Below, piece after piece: positions 22,991 to 29,824 of a DNA stretch of 32,000 bases (within the stretch, counting starts at the first letter, position 1; each line of letters opens with the position of its first letter). A program made the position numbers and the translations under genes. This DNA comes from Candidatus Methanophagaceae archaeon (GTDB lineage Archaea > Halobacteriota > Syntropharchaeia > Alkanophagales > Methanospirareceae): positions 100,444 through 132,443 of the forward strand of contig PQXB01000001.1 of the NCBI GenBank assembly GCA_003194425.1, read 5' to 3'. The notes below the pieces were generated by a model, which was not told where the DNA came from, did not search any database, and worked only from the letters and a program-made list of their open reading frames with translations.

Positions 22991-24040
22991 ATGAGCCAAA
23001 ACCACGACCTCGGCGACTTCGGCGTCGAGACCTACACGAGCCTCTTCGAAGACGCCTACAAGAAGAACCTGGCGGGCAGGAAGCCGGACACGCTCTACGA
23101 GCCGATTCTTGACCTGCTGGGCAGAGGCGGGAAGAGGTTGCGACCTGCTTTGTGCCTGCTGGCGTGCGAGTTGGTGGGGGGCGAGACCGAGAGGGGGTTG
23201 CCGACTGCGATTTGCATCGAGTTCTTCCACAACTTCTCGCTCGTTCACGACGACATCGAGGACGGCAGCGAGTTGCGGCGCGGCGAGCCGGCACTGCACC
23301 TTAAGTACGGGCTTCCTGTCGCGTTGAACGCAGGCGACGGGCTTTACGCGTTGTGCTACGAGGCGTTGAAGCCGAACAAGGAGTTGCTGGGCGTGGAGCG
23401 TGCGTGGCGGATTTTTGAGGCGGTTGCAGGGCTTTGCGTTGTGCTTGCTGAGGGGCAGGCTGCGGACCTCGAGTTCAAGCAGAAAATGGAAAAGGGCGAG
23501 GTAGAGGTGAGCGAGGCGGAGGTGTTGGAGGTCTTGAGGAAGAAGACTGCGAGGTTGTTTGCGGTCTCGGCAGAGTGCGGTGCTGTTGCTGGCGGAGCGT
23601 CCTACGCGACTGCAGCGGAGTTGGGCAGTGCCTGGGACGACATCGGAATCGCATTCCAAATTAGAGACGACATCCTCAATCTCGTCGGTGAAGAGGCGAA
23701 ATACGGGAAACGGATCGCAGAGGACATTTCCGAAGGAAAGCCCTCCCTACTCCTCGTTAACTGCCTAAAGCAGTGCGAGGCTCGCGAAAGGGCGAAGATT
23801 TACGCCTGCTTTCAGAATTACGACAAAACCAAAATAAAGGAGGTCGTTGCTCTGTTTAGGAAGTACGGGTCAATCGACTACTCAGAGGCGGTGGCGGGGC
23901 GGTACTTGCAGAGTGGAATAAATAAGATAAGAAAAATGAATATAAAAATAAAAAATAAAGACAAAAAAGGAGTAAAGGAAAAAGGAGTAAAGGAGAAAAT
24001 GGTAGCGTTGGCAGAATATTTCGTGAGGAGAGAGAAGTGA
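22991..24040 (+). CDS. idsA: Polyprenyl (geranylgeranyl) diphosphate synthase
   Basis: First Asp-rich motif FHNFSLVHDDIEDGSELRRG and second FQIRDDILN. An AT-rich Lys-rich repeat insert (KGVKEKGVKEK) lies near the C-terminus. Confidence 0.9.
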   Translation: MSQNHDLGDFGVETYTSLFEDAYKKNLAGRKPDTLYEPILDLLGRGGKRLRPALCLLACELVGGETERGLPTAICIEFFHNFSLVHDDIEDGSELRRGEPALHLKYGLPVALNAGDGLYALCYEALKPNKELLGVERAWRIFEAVAGLCVVLAEGQAADLEFKQKMEKGEVEVSEAEVLEVLRKKTARLFAVSAECGAVAGGASYATAAELGSAWDDIGIAFQIRDDILNLVGEEAKYGKRIAEDISEGKPSLLLVNCLKQCEARERAKIYACFQNYDKTKIKEVVALFRKYGSIDYSEAVAGRYLQSGINKIRKMNIKIKNKDKKGVKEKGVKEKMVALAEYFVRREK

Positions 24041-24046
24041 GGTAAA

Positions 24047-24202
24047 ATGGAGCGGAACGAGGAGAAGAGGTTCGGAAGAGGAGCAAACGCTTGCAGGCGG
24101 TGCGGCAGGAGACGAGGGCTGGTTCGCAGGTACGAGATTTACCTCTGCAGGCAGTGCTTTAGAGAGATTGCACGCGAGATAGGATTTAGGAAGTTTAATT
24201 AA
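24047..24202 (+). CDS. rps14: 30S ribosomal protein S14 (uS14, zinc-ribbon type)
   Basis: Own translation (below the ORF-track size cutoff): [51 protein letters not shown]. Confidence 0.9.
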   Translation: MERNEEKRFGRGANACRRCGRRRGLVRRYEIYLCRQCFREIAREIGFRKFN

Positions 24203-24233
24203 ACCTTTCTTTAAAAAAAATCTAAAACAAAAA
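24201..24233. repeat. Degenerate family-B element between rps14 and rps8
   Basis: aaacctttctttaaaaaaaatctaaaacaaaaaagg shares the aaacctttcttt..aaaacaaaaaa left part with 19201 and 21097. Confidence 0.55.
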
Positions 24234-24243
24234 AGGAGAAAAA

Positions 24244-24636
24244 ATGTCGCTAAACGACCCGCTTGCGGACGCTCTTTCACACTTAAAAAACACCGAGAGA
24301 GTAGGGAAAAGGGAATGCACGGTGAAGCCAGCCTCGAGACTGATTGGGAATGTGCTGGGTGTAATGCGAGAAGGCGGTTACATCGAGGAGTTCGAGTTCG
24401 TGGACGACGGAAAAGCAGGGCTCTTCAAGGTCAGGCTTCGTGGCAAAATAAACGACTGCAATGTGATTAAGCCGCGGTTTTATGTTCGGCTCAAGGAGTA
24501 CGAGAAGTGGGAGAAGAGGTTTCTGCCTGCTCGGGATTTTGGAATGCTCGTGGTCACGACTTCGAAGGGAGTGCTGCCGCACGAAAAGGCGATTGAGGCT
24601 GGAGTAGGCGGGCAGTTGCTGGCGTTCGTGTTCTGA
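24244..24636 (+). CDS. rps8: 30S ribosomal protein S8 (uS8)
   Basis: [25 protein letters not shown]...[21 protein letters not shown]...[27 protein letters not shown]. Confidence 0.95.
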   Translation: MSLNDPLADALSHLKNTERVGKRECTVKPASRLIGNVLGVMREGGYIEEFEFVDDGKAGLFKVRLRGKINDCNVIKPRFYVRLKEYEKWEKRFLPARDFGMLVVTTSKGVLPHEKAIEAGVGGQLLAFVF

Positions 24637-24641
24637 GTTGG

Positions 24642-24715
24642 GCCTCGGTAGCTCAGCCTGGTTGAGCGATTGATTTGTAATCAATAGGTCGAGGGTTCAA
24701 ATCCCTCCCGGGGCT
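24642..24715 (+). tRNA. tRNA-Thr (anticodon UGU), no encoded CCA
   Basis: Manual cloverleaf. Acceptor GCCTCGG/CCGGGGC (one G-U pair). D arm GCTC-AGCCTGGTT-GAGC. Anticodon arm ATTGA-TTTGTAA-TCAAT. T arm GAGGG-TTCAAAT-CCCTC. Discriminator T. Confidence 0.93.
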
Positions 24716-24726
24716 CTTTTGGTAAT

Positions 24727-24766
24727 TTGAGTTTTGGTCAGGAGAGTTGAGTTTGGGTCAGGAGAG
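24727..24766. repeat. 20-bp direct tandem repeat x2 immediately 3' of tRNA-Thr
   Basis: ttgagttttggtcaggagag / ttgagtttgggtcaggagag (1 mismatch). Confidence 0.9.
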
Positions 24767-24776
24767 GGAGGAAAAA

Positions 24777-25624
24777 ATGGCTAACGAAAAGTCTGAGAAA
24801 ATAACAAGTTACTTAAACAAAGTGTTTTTAGGAGATGTCCTGGAACTTCTGAAAGAGTTGCCAGACAAGTCTGTTGAAATGGTTTACGGCGACCCCGACT
24901 ACAACGTCGGCGTCAAATACGGCGACAAGTCTTACACGAAAACTTTTGACGAGTACACGTTGAGTGGTACGTTGAGTTGGCGAGGGAGTCGCTGCGGGTT
25001 TTGAAGGACACGGGGAACTTGTTTTTGATAAACTACCCCAAGCAGAACGCTTACTTGAGGGTGAGATTTTTGGACGCTGCGTGCTACGAGGTTGCTGACT
25101 ACGCTTGGGTGTACAACACGAATGTGGGACACAGCCCGAAGCGTTTCACTACCGCCCACCGAAGCGTCCTGCACTGCAGAAAGACGAGGAACAACAACTT
25201 CTACAAAGAGAACGTGGCAGTCCCCTACAAGAACCCGACGGACAAGCGGATTTTAAAAAACTTGGCGAACGGGTCAAAAGGTCGTGCACCCTACGACTGG
25301 TTCTACTTCAACTTGGTCAAGAATGTAAGCAGGGAGAAAACCTTTCACGCCTGCCAGATTCCGCAGAAGCTTTCGGAGATGTTGGTAAAGTCTTGCACGC
25401 AGCCTGGCGATGTTGTTCTGATTCTCTTCGGCGGCAGCGGGTCGGAAATAGAAATCTGCAAAGCACTCAAGAGGCATTTTATCTCGGCGGAGATTGACGA
25501 GAAGTACTACGAAATGATTCTCGAGCGGTTGAGGAAGGGGGGAATTGAAGAAAAATACAGGCTGAGACAAAAAAGAGAAGCCAAGAACATTCAAACCCAA
25601 CCCACTCTTTTTGAGAGCGTTTAG
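24777..25624 (+). pseudogene. Beta-class (motif IV before motif I) N4/N6 DNA methyltransferase, interrupted by a frameshift near 24950-24980
   Basis: Frame 1 gives MANEKSEK...VEMVYGDPDYNVG...TFDEY and stops at 25004. Frame 2 is open from 24950 and gives ..VEWYVELARESLRVLKDTGNLFLINY...FHACQIPQKL...VLILFGGSGSEIE. No adjacent endonuclease. Confidence 0.75.
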
Positions 25625-25627
25625 GTT

Positions 25628-26689
25628 TTACCTGACCTCCTGACCTCCTGACCTCCTGACTTCCTGACCTCCTGTCCTCCTGACCTTTGCACCACTCTCT
25701 GCGATTCTGCTCGTTCTCACTTCTCCGAACTCCTTCAGTGCCTCACTCTCGCCGACGAGAAAGACCGCGTCCCCGAGCATTGCGGCACTGGCGACTTTTC
25801 CCTCCGCAGCGACCGCCTCGATCGCGTCACTGCACCGCTCGCTTACCACGCCGCAACGCAACGAGAACCTTCTTGAGACGAGCATAAAATTCTCTAAACT
25901 CGGCTGCCTTACCCGAGCCAGCTCTTTCATCGCTGCCCTGCCCGCCTCGTTTATTCTCCGCCTCAGATTCGCAGAACCGTCCTCCAACTCCTCCAACAAG
26001 ACAGACCTCGTGGATTTCCTTCCGAAGATGACGTAGCTCACTTTCTCCCGGCTGTGTGGTATTTTTTCAATTCTTCCTCCTCCTACAACGCCAGGCTCCT
26101 TTCTCAGCACCACTCCCCCGCCGCCGTACGCCTCTGCAACCACATCGCCCAAGCCTGTGCTGTTCTCTACTTCCGCGAGGTGAGCGACAAAAACCAGCTC
26201 GTTCAGCGTCCTGCCGAGCGAGAAAAGGTCGTTCAACGCCAGAGCAGTGCTGAGCGCACCCGCGCCGCTCGCACCGAACCCGCAGCCGACCGGCACTTCA
26301 AAATCCGTCGCCACGCTAACGGGCTTGTCTCCTACTAAACGCTCGACTACGGATTTGGTGGTCTCTGCCTCCGCCACCGCAACGCCGTTTATTCTTATTT
26401 CTCTTATTTTTCTTCCCGCTCGATTTTTAGTGGAAGAGCTGAGAGCAGCTTCGGTCAGGGTCGCACTGCTCAGGGTCGCACTGCTCAGGGTCGCACTGCT
26501 CAGGGTCGCACTGCTCAGGGTTGCACAAGTCTCACAGCCGGCTTCTAACAGAATTCCACCACCCACCGAGCCTTTCTGGAGCGGATTTTTGTCGTCGTCC
26601 CGAATCTCGAAGAAGCCGGTTAGGTGCGACGGCGAGTAGGCTCTGGCACTTGCACTTGCACTTGCTCTTCTCCTTCTCGGGTTCTGCAT
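25628..26689 (-). CDS. GHMP-family kinase, probably pantoate kinase (archaeal CoA pathway, COG1829)
   Basis: YSPSHLTGFFEI near the N-terminus and the GHMP motif VPVGCGFGASGAGALSTALA. It carries three repeat tracts: ASASAS, ATLSS x5 and a C-terminal tail from an 8-bp repeat. Confidence 0.6.
   Translation of the reverse strand: MQNPRRRRASASASARAYSPSHLTGFFEIRDDDKNPLQKGSVGGGILLEAGCETCATLSSATLSSATLSSATLSSATLTEAALSSSTKNRAGRKIREIRINGVAVAEAETTKSVVERLVGDKPVSVATDFEVPVGCGFGASGAGALSTALALNDLFSLGRTLNELVFVAHLAEVENSTGLGDVVAEAYGGGGVVLRKEPGVVGGGRIEKIPHSREKVSYVIFGRKSTRSVLLEELEDGSANLRRRINEAGRAAMKELARVRQPSLENFMLVSRRFSLRCGVVSERCSDAIEAVAAEGKVASAAMLGDAVFLVGESEALKEFGEVRTSRIAESGAKVRRTGGQEVRRSGGQEVR
25631..25686. repeat. 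8 bp x7 tandem repeat between convergent genes
   Basis: cctgacct x7 (two variant units). Read as the kinase C-terminal tail RRTGGQEVRRSGGQEVRRSGGQEVR*. Confidence 0.95.
26455..26526. repeat. 15 bp x4.8 tandem repeat inside the kinase gene
   Basis: tcagggtcgcactgc x4 plus a partial unit. Encodes ATLSS x5. Confidence 0.95.
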
Positions 26690-26742
26690 TTTCAGTTTTA
26701 AGATTTGATGAAGCTAATATTATTGGTAGAGAGAAAATACAA

Positions 26743-27384
26743 ATGGCGGAACGAACTTGTAGGTGCGGGTTGGAGGGGTTAGAAGGGTTAGAGGGGTTAG
26801 AAAGGTTGGAGACGAGGAAATGCGAGCCAGAGGTGCTGGAGACGGTGGTTGAGATTGCGGTGGGAATTGCGAAGCAGAGTGCAAGCAGCAGGACGAGCAG
26901 GGGCACGCTCTTCGTGATCGGCGACGAAGAAGAGGTCTTGAGGAGGTCAAAGCCCCTGATTTTAGACCCGCTCGCAGAACACTCGAGGGAGGTGAAAAAC
27001 ATAAGAGACGCGGATGTGCAGGGAACGATAAAAGAGCTTGCGAAGTTGGACGGTGCTTTTGTCATCAGCGGCGACGGCTACGTCCTTTCGGCGGCGAGGC
27101 ACATTGAAGCGAGTTCAGAGAATATTGACCTTCCGATGGGTTTTGGCAGCAGGCATATGGCTGCCGCCTCGATTTCCAAAGAGACAGACGCCGTCGCGGT
27201 GGTGGTCTCGGAGAACGACGAGGTGGTGCGAATATTTGACGACGGCGAGCTGGTAGCCGAGATAATTTCGGGAGCGCGGGAGGGTGCGTGGGATTTGGAG
27301 AAAATCAAGCCGCACATAAAGGGAAAATACGAGAAGGTGGTAGAGAAGGACTTGAACTTGACGATGATTTTGAAGCAGAGTTAG
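26743..27384 (+). CDS. Diadenylate cyclase (DAC/DisA_N) domain protein
   Basis: GTLFVIGDEEE, LAKLDGAFVISGDGYVLSAARHI, GFGSRHMAAASISKETDAVAVVVSENDEVVRIF. The ATG at 26743 is preferred, because the longer track ORF overlaps the divergent kinase gene. Confidence 0.75.
   Translation: MAERTCRCGLEGLEGLEGLERLETRKCEPEVLETVVEIAVGIAKQSASSRTSRGTLFVIGDEEEVLRRSKPLILDPLAEHSREVKNIRDADVQGTIKELAKLDGAFVISGDGYVLSAARHIEASSENIDLPMGFGSRHMAAASISKETDAVAVVVSENDEVVRIFDDGELVAEIISGAREGAWDLEKIKPHIKGKYEKVVEKDLNLTMILKQS
26767..26811. repeat. 9 bp x5 tandem repeat inside the DAC gene
   Basis: gggttggag gggttagaa gggttagag gggttagaa aggttggag. Encodes GLEGLEGLEGLERLE. Confidence 0.9.
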
Positions 27385-27406
27385 AGGAGGGATTTTGAGG
27401 GCTTGG

Positions 27407-27757
27407 TCAAGTTATCGGGACAACCACCTTCCTCCGTGCTTTTGGCAGATTTATCTGAAGAATGCCGTTCTTGAAAATAGCGCTGGCTTTTTCAGGCTCT
27501 ACTTGCTCTGGCAGCCTAATCCGTTTCCGAAACGCCTGAAAAGTTATTTTCCGTTGGACGCTTCCCCAATGCTCCCAGCAAATCGCCCTGCTCATCCTCG
27601 CTACCACCTCCACCGTGTCTTTGGTTGTGTTTACCTCCACATCCTCTCTCCTCACTCGTGGCAGGTCAAAAGTAACCAAAAACTCTTCCTCTCTCTCCTC
27701 CACCTCGTACAACGGCTCTAAATTGCCGTCGTACCCCCAAGTCGCCTTCTCAATCAT
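27407..27757 (-). CDS. hsp20: Small heat-shock protein (Hsp20/alpha-crystallin)
   Basis: FLVTFDLPRVRREDVEVNTTKDTVEVVA...RKIRLPEQVEPEKASAIFKNGILQINLPK. Confidence 0.9.
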   Translation of the reverse strand: MIEKATWGYDGNLEPLYEVEEREEEFLVTFDLPRVRREDVEVNTTKDTVEVVARMSRAICWEHWGSVQRKITFQAFRKRIRLPEQVEPEKASAIFKNGILQINLPKARRKVVVPIT

Positions 27758-27780
27758 TCTTCTTACCTCAATTTTTTCTC

Positions 27781-27810
27781 TCCTTCTTCTCTCCTTCTTC
27801 TCTCCTTCTA
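27781..27810. repeat. 11 bp x2.7 intergenic tandem repeat
   Basis: tccttcttctc x2 plus a partial unit, between the hsp20 start and the PAC2 gene end. Confidence 0.85.
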
Positions 27811-27817
27811 ACTCTCT

Positions 27818-28612
27818 CTAACGATACATTATCGGAATGTCCTGCTCCACGCCTTTCTGCATCTCTGGAGCCGAAAGAGCGGTCTGCCGCATTAGGTCCC
27901 GAGCTTTCAGTTTTATCTCCTCCCCCTTCTCCAACAACTCTCCCACATCAATGCCCAAATTTAAAAACTGCTCGAGTGACTCAATCGCCGACGCTGCAGC
28001 ACCTGGGTCAGGATAAACCGGGAAACACTGGGCGAGCAGGGAAATTGCATTCGTTCTTCTCTTGCCGCATTCTCGCAGCATTAACGCGTAAGAACCCGCG
28101 ATAAATCCCTCCTCCAGCACTTCCACCTGCTTCTCCTTCAGCCACCGCACCGCCTCTTCACTGTTCCCCACCGCAAAGACCTCGGGCTTGCTTATTTCAA
28201 TCCTCTTCGCCACCGGCAGCCCTGTTATCGGAATAACAAGCCTTGCACCGATTCTCTTGAACCAATCCGCCAAAGCCCTGGTCAGCGGATAAACAGCGTT
28301 TGGCGGCACTGCAGCCTCTGACAGCACCACTACTACGCTCTCGTTACCGTAAATCCTGAACGGGCTCTTTAGCCTGCCTTCGTGAATTACCATAACCGGC
28401 GGAAACAGGTCAGATTCGATGTAGCCAATTTCTCTGCACTTTTCCTTCTCCGTTCTCATCTCAAGCTTCTCCACGATGTAAGACACTGCAATCGTCCCCA
28501 CTAAACCCACATCCGGCAAGCCCGCCACCACAATCGGATTTTTATACCCCTCGCCCTTATTCCCCTCACCCTCTTCTTCCACTACTCTCACGAGTTCTTC
28601 CATTTTTTTCAT
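27818..28612 (-). CDS. PAC2-family proteasome assembly chaperone
   Basis: NPIVVAGLPDVGLVGTIAVSYIVEKL. The ATG at 28612 (MKKMEEL) avoids the 109-nt overlap with the RFC gene that the longer track ORF implies. Confidence 0.75.
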   Translation of the reverse strand: MKKMEELVRVVEEEGEGNKGEGYKNPIVVAGLPDVGLVGTIAVSYIVEKLEMRTEKEKCREIGYIESDLFPPVMVIHEGRLKSPFRIYGNESVVVVLSEAAVPPNAVYPLTRALADWFKRIGARLVIPITGLPVAKRIEISKPEVFAVGNSEEAVRWLKEKQVEVLEEGFIAGSYALMLRECGKRRTNAISLLAQCFPVYPDPGAAASAIESLEQFLNLGIDVGELLEKGEEIKLKARDLMRQTALSAPEMQKGVEQDIPIMYR

Positions 28613-28629
28613 CGCGATTAAAAAGAAAC

Positions 28630-29739
28630 TCAAAAGAGAAAGTGTGCCAGCAACTCTTCCAAGTGAATGATTGGATTCAAGGAATTGCAGAGTTTGAAAT
28701 CCGCTTCGGCTTCGTGCAGCACGAGTTTGGCGAACCACCGTGCCTCTTCTTCTCCTCGCTCTTCTTCTCCTCGCTCTTCTTCCCCTCGCTCTTCTTCCCC
28801 TCGCTCTTCTTCTCCTTGCCCTTCCCTCGCCAACCGCCTTCGCAACGCCTCGTGCACCTCTGCCAGCACCTCTTTCGCCCCGACCCGCTCGTCTTTTATC
28901 AGAGCCTCCAAGCCCTCCCGCACTTTTTTACGCCTCCCCCTAAACGCCGAATCTAACAACTCCTCTGCCTCCTTTCTCTGAAGAAACGCATTCTGCACCA
29001 CTTCTTTTATTCTGCCCTCGCCGATCGTTTTTGCCTCCGCTGCTGCTGCAGCGGCTGCAGCCGCTTCCAGAATATTTATGCCCGCACCTGCGTCGCCTCT
29101 CGCGAACTGCTTCAGCGTCTTTAAAGCCCCTACTGTAAGTTTTAGCCCCTCTGCTTCGGCGATTTCCGCGAGCAGTGCGTCCAACGCACCGGTCTTGTCC
29201 AAAGCCGTAAAGTGAAGGTTCAAGCACCGCGACCTCACTGCTGGTACGACGCTAGCAGGTTTGGAGGTGGCGAAAATGAACCTGCAGGTTTTGTTGCTCC
29301 GTTCCATCACCCGCCGCAGAGCCTGCTGCAGATTTAGAGGCAGAAGGTCGGCGCTGCTGAAGAAGAGCAATTTGAAACTCGCATTTGCACTTACAGGCGA
29401 CAGCACGGCGTACTCCCGCACCACCGCCTTAAAAATGTCAATCGCAGATTTCTGCTCGTCGTAAAAGAACCTGAACCTCTTCTCCTCTTTCAGCCATTTC
29501 TTCCGCTGCTCAACGAAGTCCGAGCATTCAATGTGTAGCAGGTTTAGGAGGCTCGCGTCGTCGCCGTAAAGCCCCCTCGCCACTGCGTAAACCAGCGAAG
29601 TCTTACCGCTCCCTTTTGGACCCCAAAGCAAGAGGTTCGGGAGGGTCTTTTCCTTGACAAACCCTTTTAACTGCTTCACTACCTCTGCCTGCCCCGCTAT
29701 CTCGTCCAACTGTCTCGGTCGGTATTTTTCAACCCACAT
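28630..29739 (-). CDS. rfcS: Replication factor C small-subunit-like AAA+ clamp-loader protein (divergent)
   Basis: WVEKYRPRQLDEIAGQ, Walker A GPKGSGKT, and the SRC motif VRSRCLNLHF. The Walker B position reads FFSSAD instead of DEAD. An EERGE x4-5 repeat is inserted near the C-terminus. Confidence 0.8.
   Translation of the reverse strand: MWVEKYRPRQLDEIAGQAEVVKQLKGFVKEKTLPNLLLWGPKGSGKTSLVYAVARGLYGDDASLLNLLHIECSDFVEQRKKWLKEEKRFRFFYDEQKSAIDIFKAVVREYAVLSPVSANASFKLLFFSSADLLPLNLQQALRRVMERSNKTCRFIFATSKPASVVPAVRSRCLNLHFTALDKTGALDALLAEIAEAEGLKLTVGALKTLKQFARGDAGAGINILEAAAAAAAAAEAKTIGEGRIKEVVQNAFLQRKEAEELLDSAFRGRRKKVREGLEALIKDERVGAKEVLAEVHEALRRRLAREGQGEEERGEEERGEEERGEEERGEEEARWFAKLVLHEAEADFKLCNSLNPIIHLEELLAHFLF
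28745..28815. repeat. 15 bp x4.7 tandem repeat inside the RFC gene
   Basis: tcgctcttcttc(t/c)cc units. Encodes EERGE repeats. Confidence 0.95.
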
Positions 29740-29824
29740 TTTAAAAATAAACAAGTAAAAAAGTTGTTTTTTAAAGAAAGATTTTTTCTACAAGGGAAAC
29801 AGAGCGAGAAGTAGAGAGAAAGAG

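Noticed and set aside
22599-23659. Minus-strand ORFs 22599..23294 (231 aa) and 22976..23659 (227 aa)
   Set aside because: The part upstream of the ATG at 22916, and all of the second ORF, run antisense through idsA. Their Arg-rich junk translation has no support.
26521-26742. Longer start for the DAC gene (track ORF from 26521) and longer starts for the PAC2 (28738), hdrB (13899), hdrC (14585) and GltS-like (2154) genes
   Set aside because: The extensions overlap neighbouring genes or consist only of repeat or palindrome sequence. Canonical-looking ATG starts lie just downstream. They are kept as alternatives in the findings where relevant.
240-28815. Could the many direct repeats be CRISPR arrays?
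   Set aside because: The units are contiguous, with no spacers. They are only 6-27 bp long, with one 60-bp period, and mostly lie inside conserved ORFs. No cas genes are in the window.
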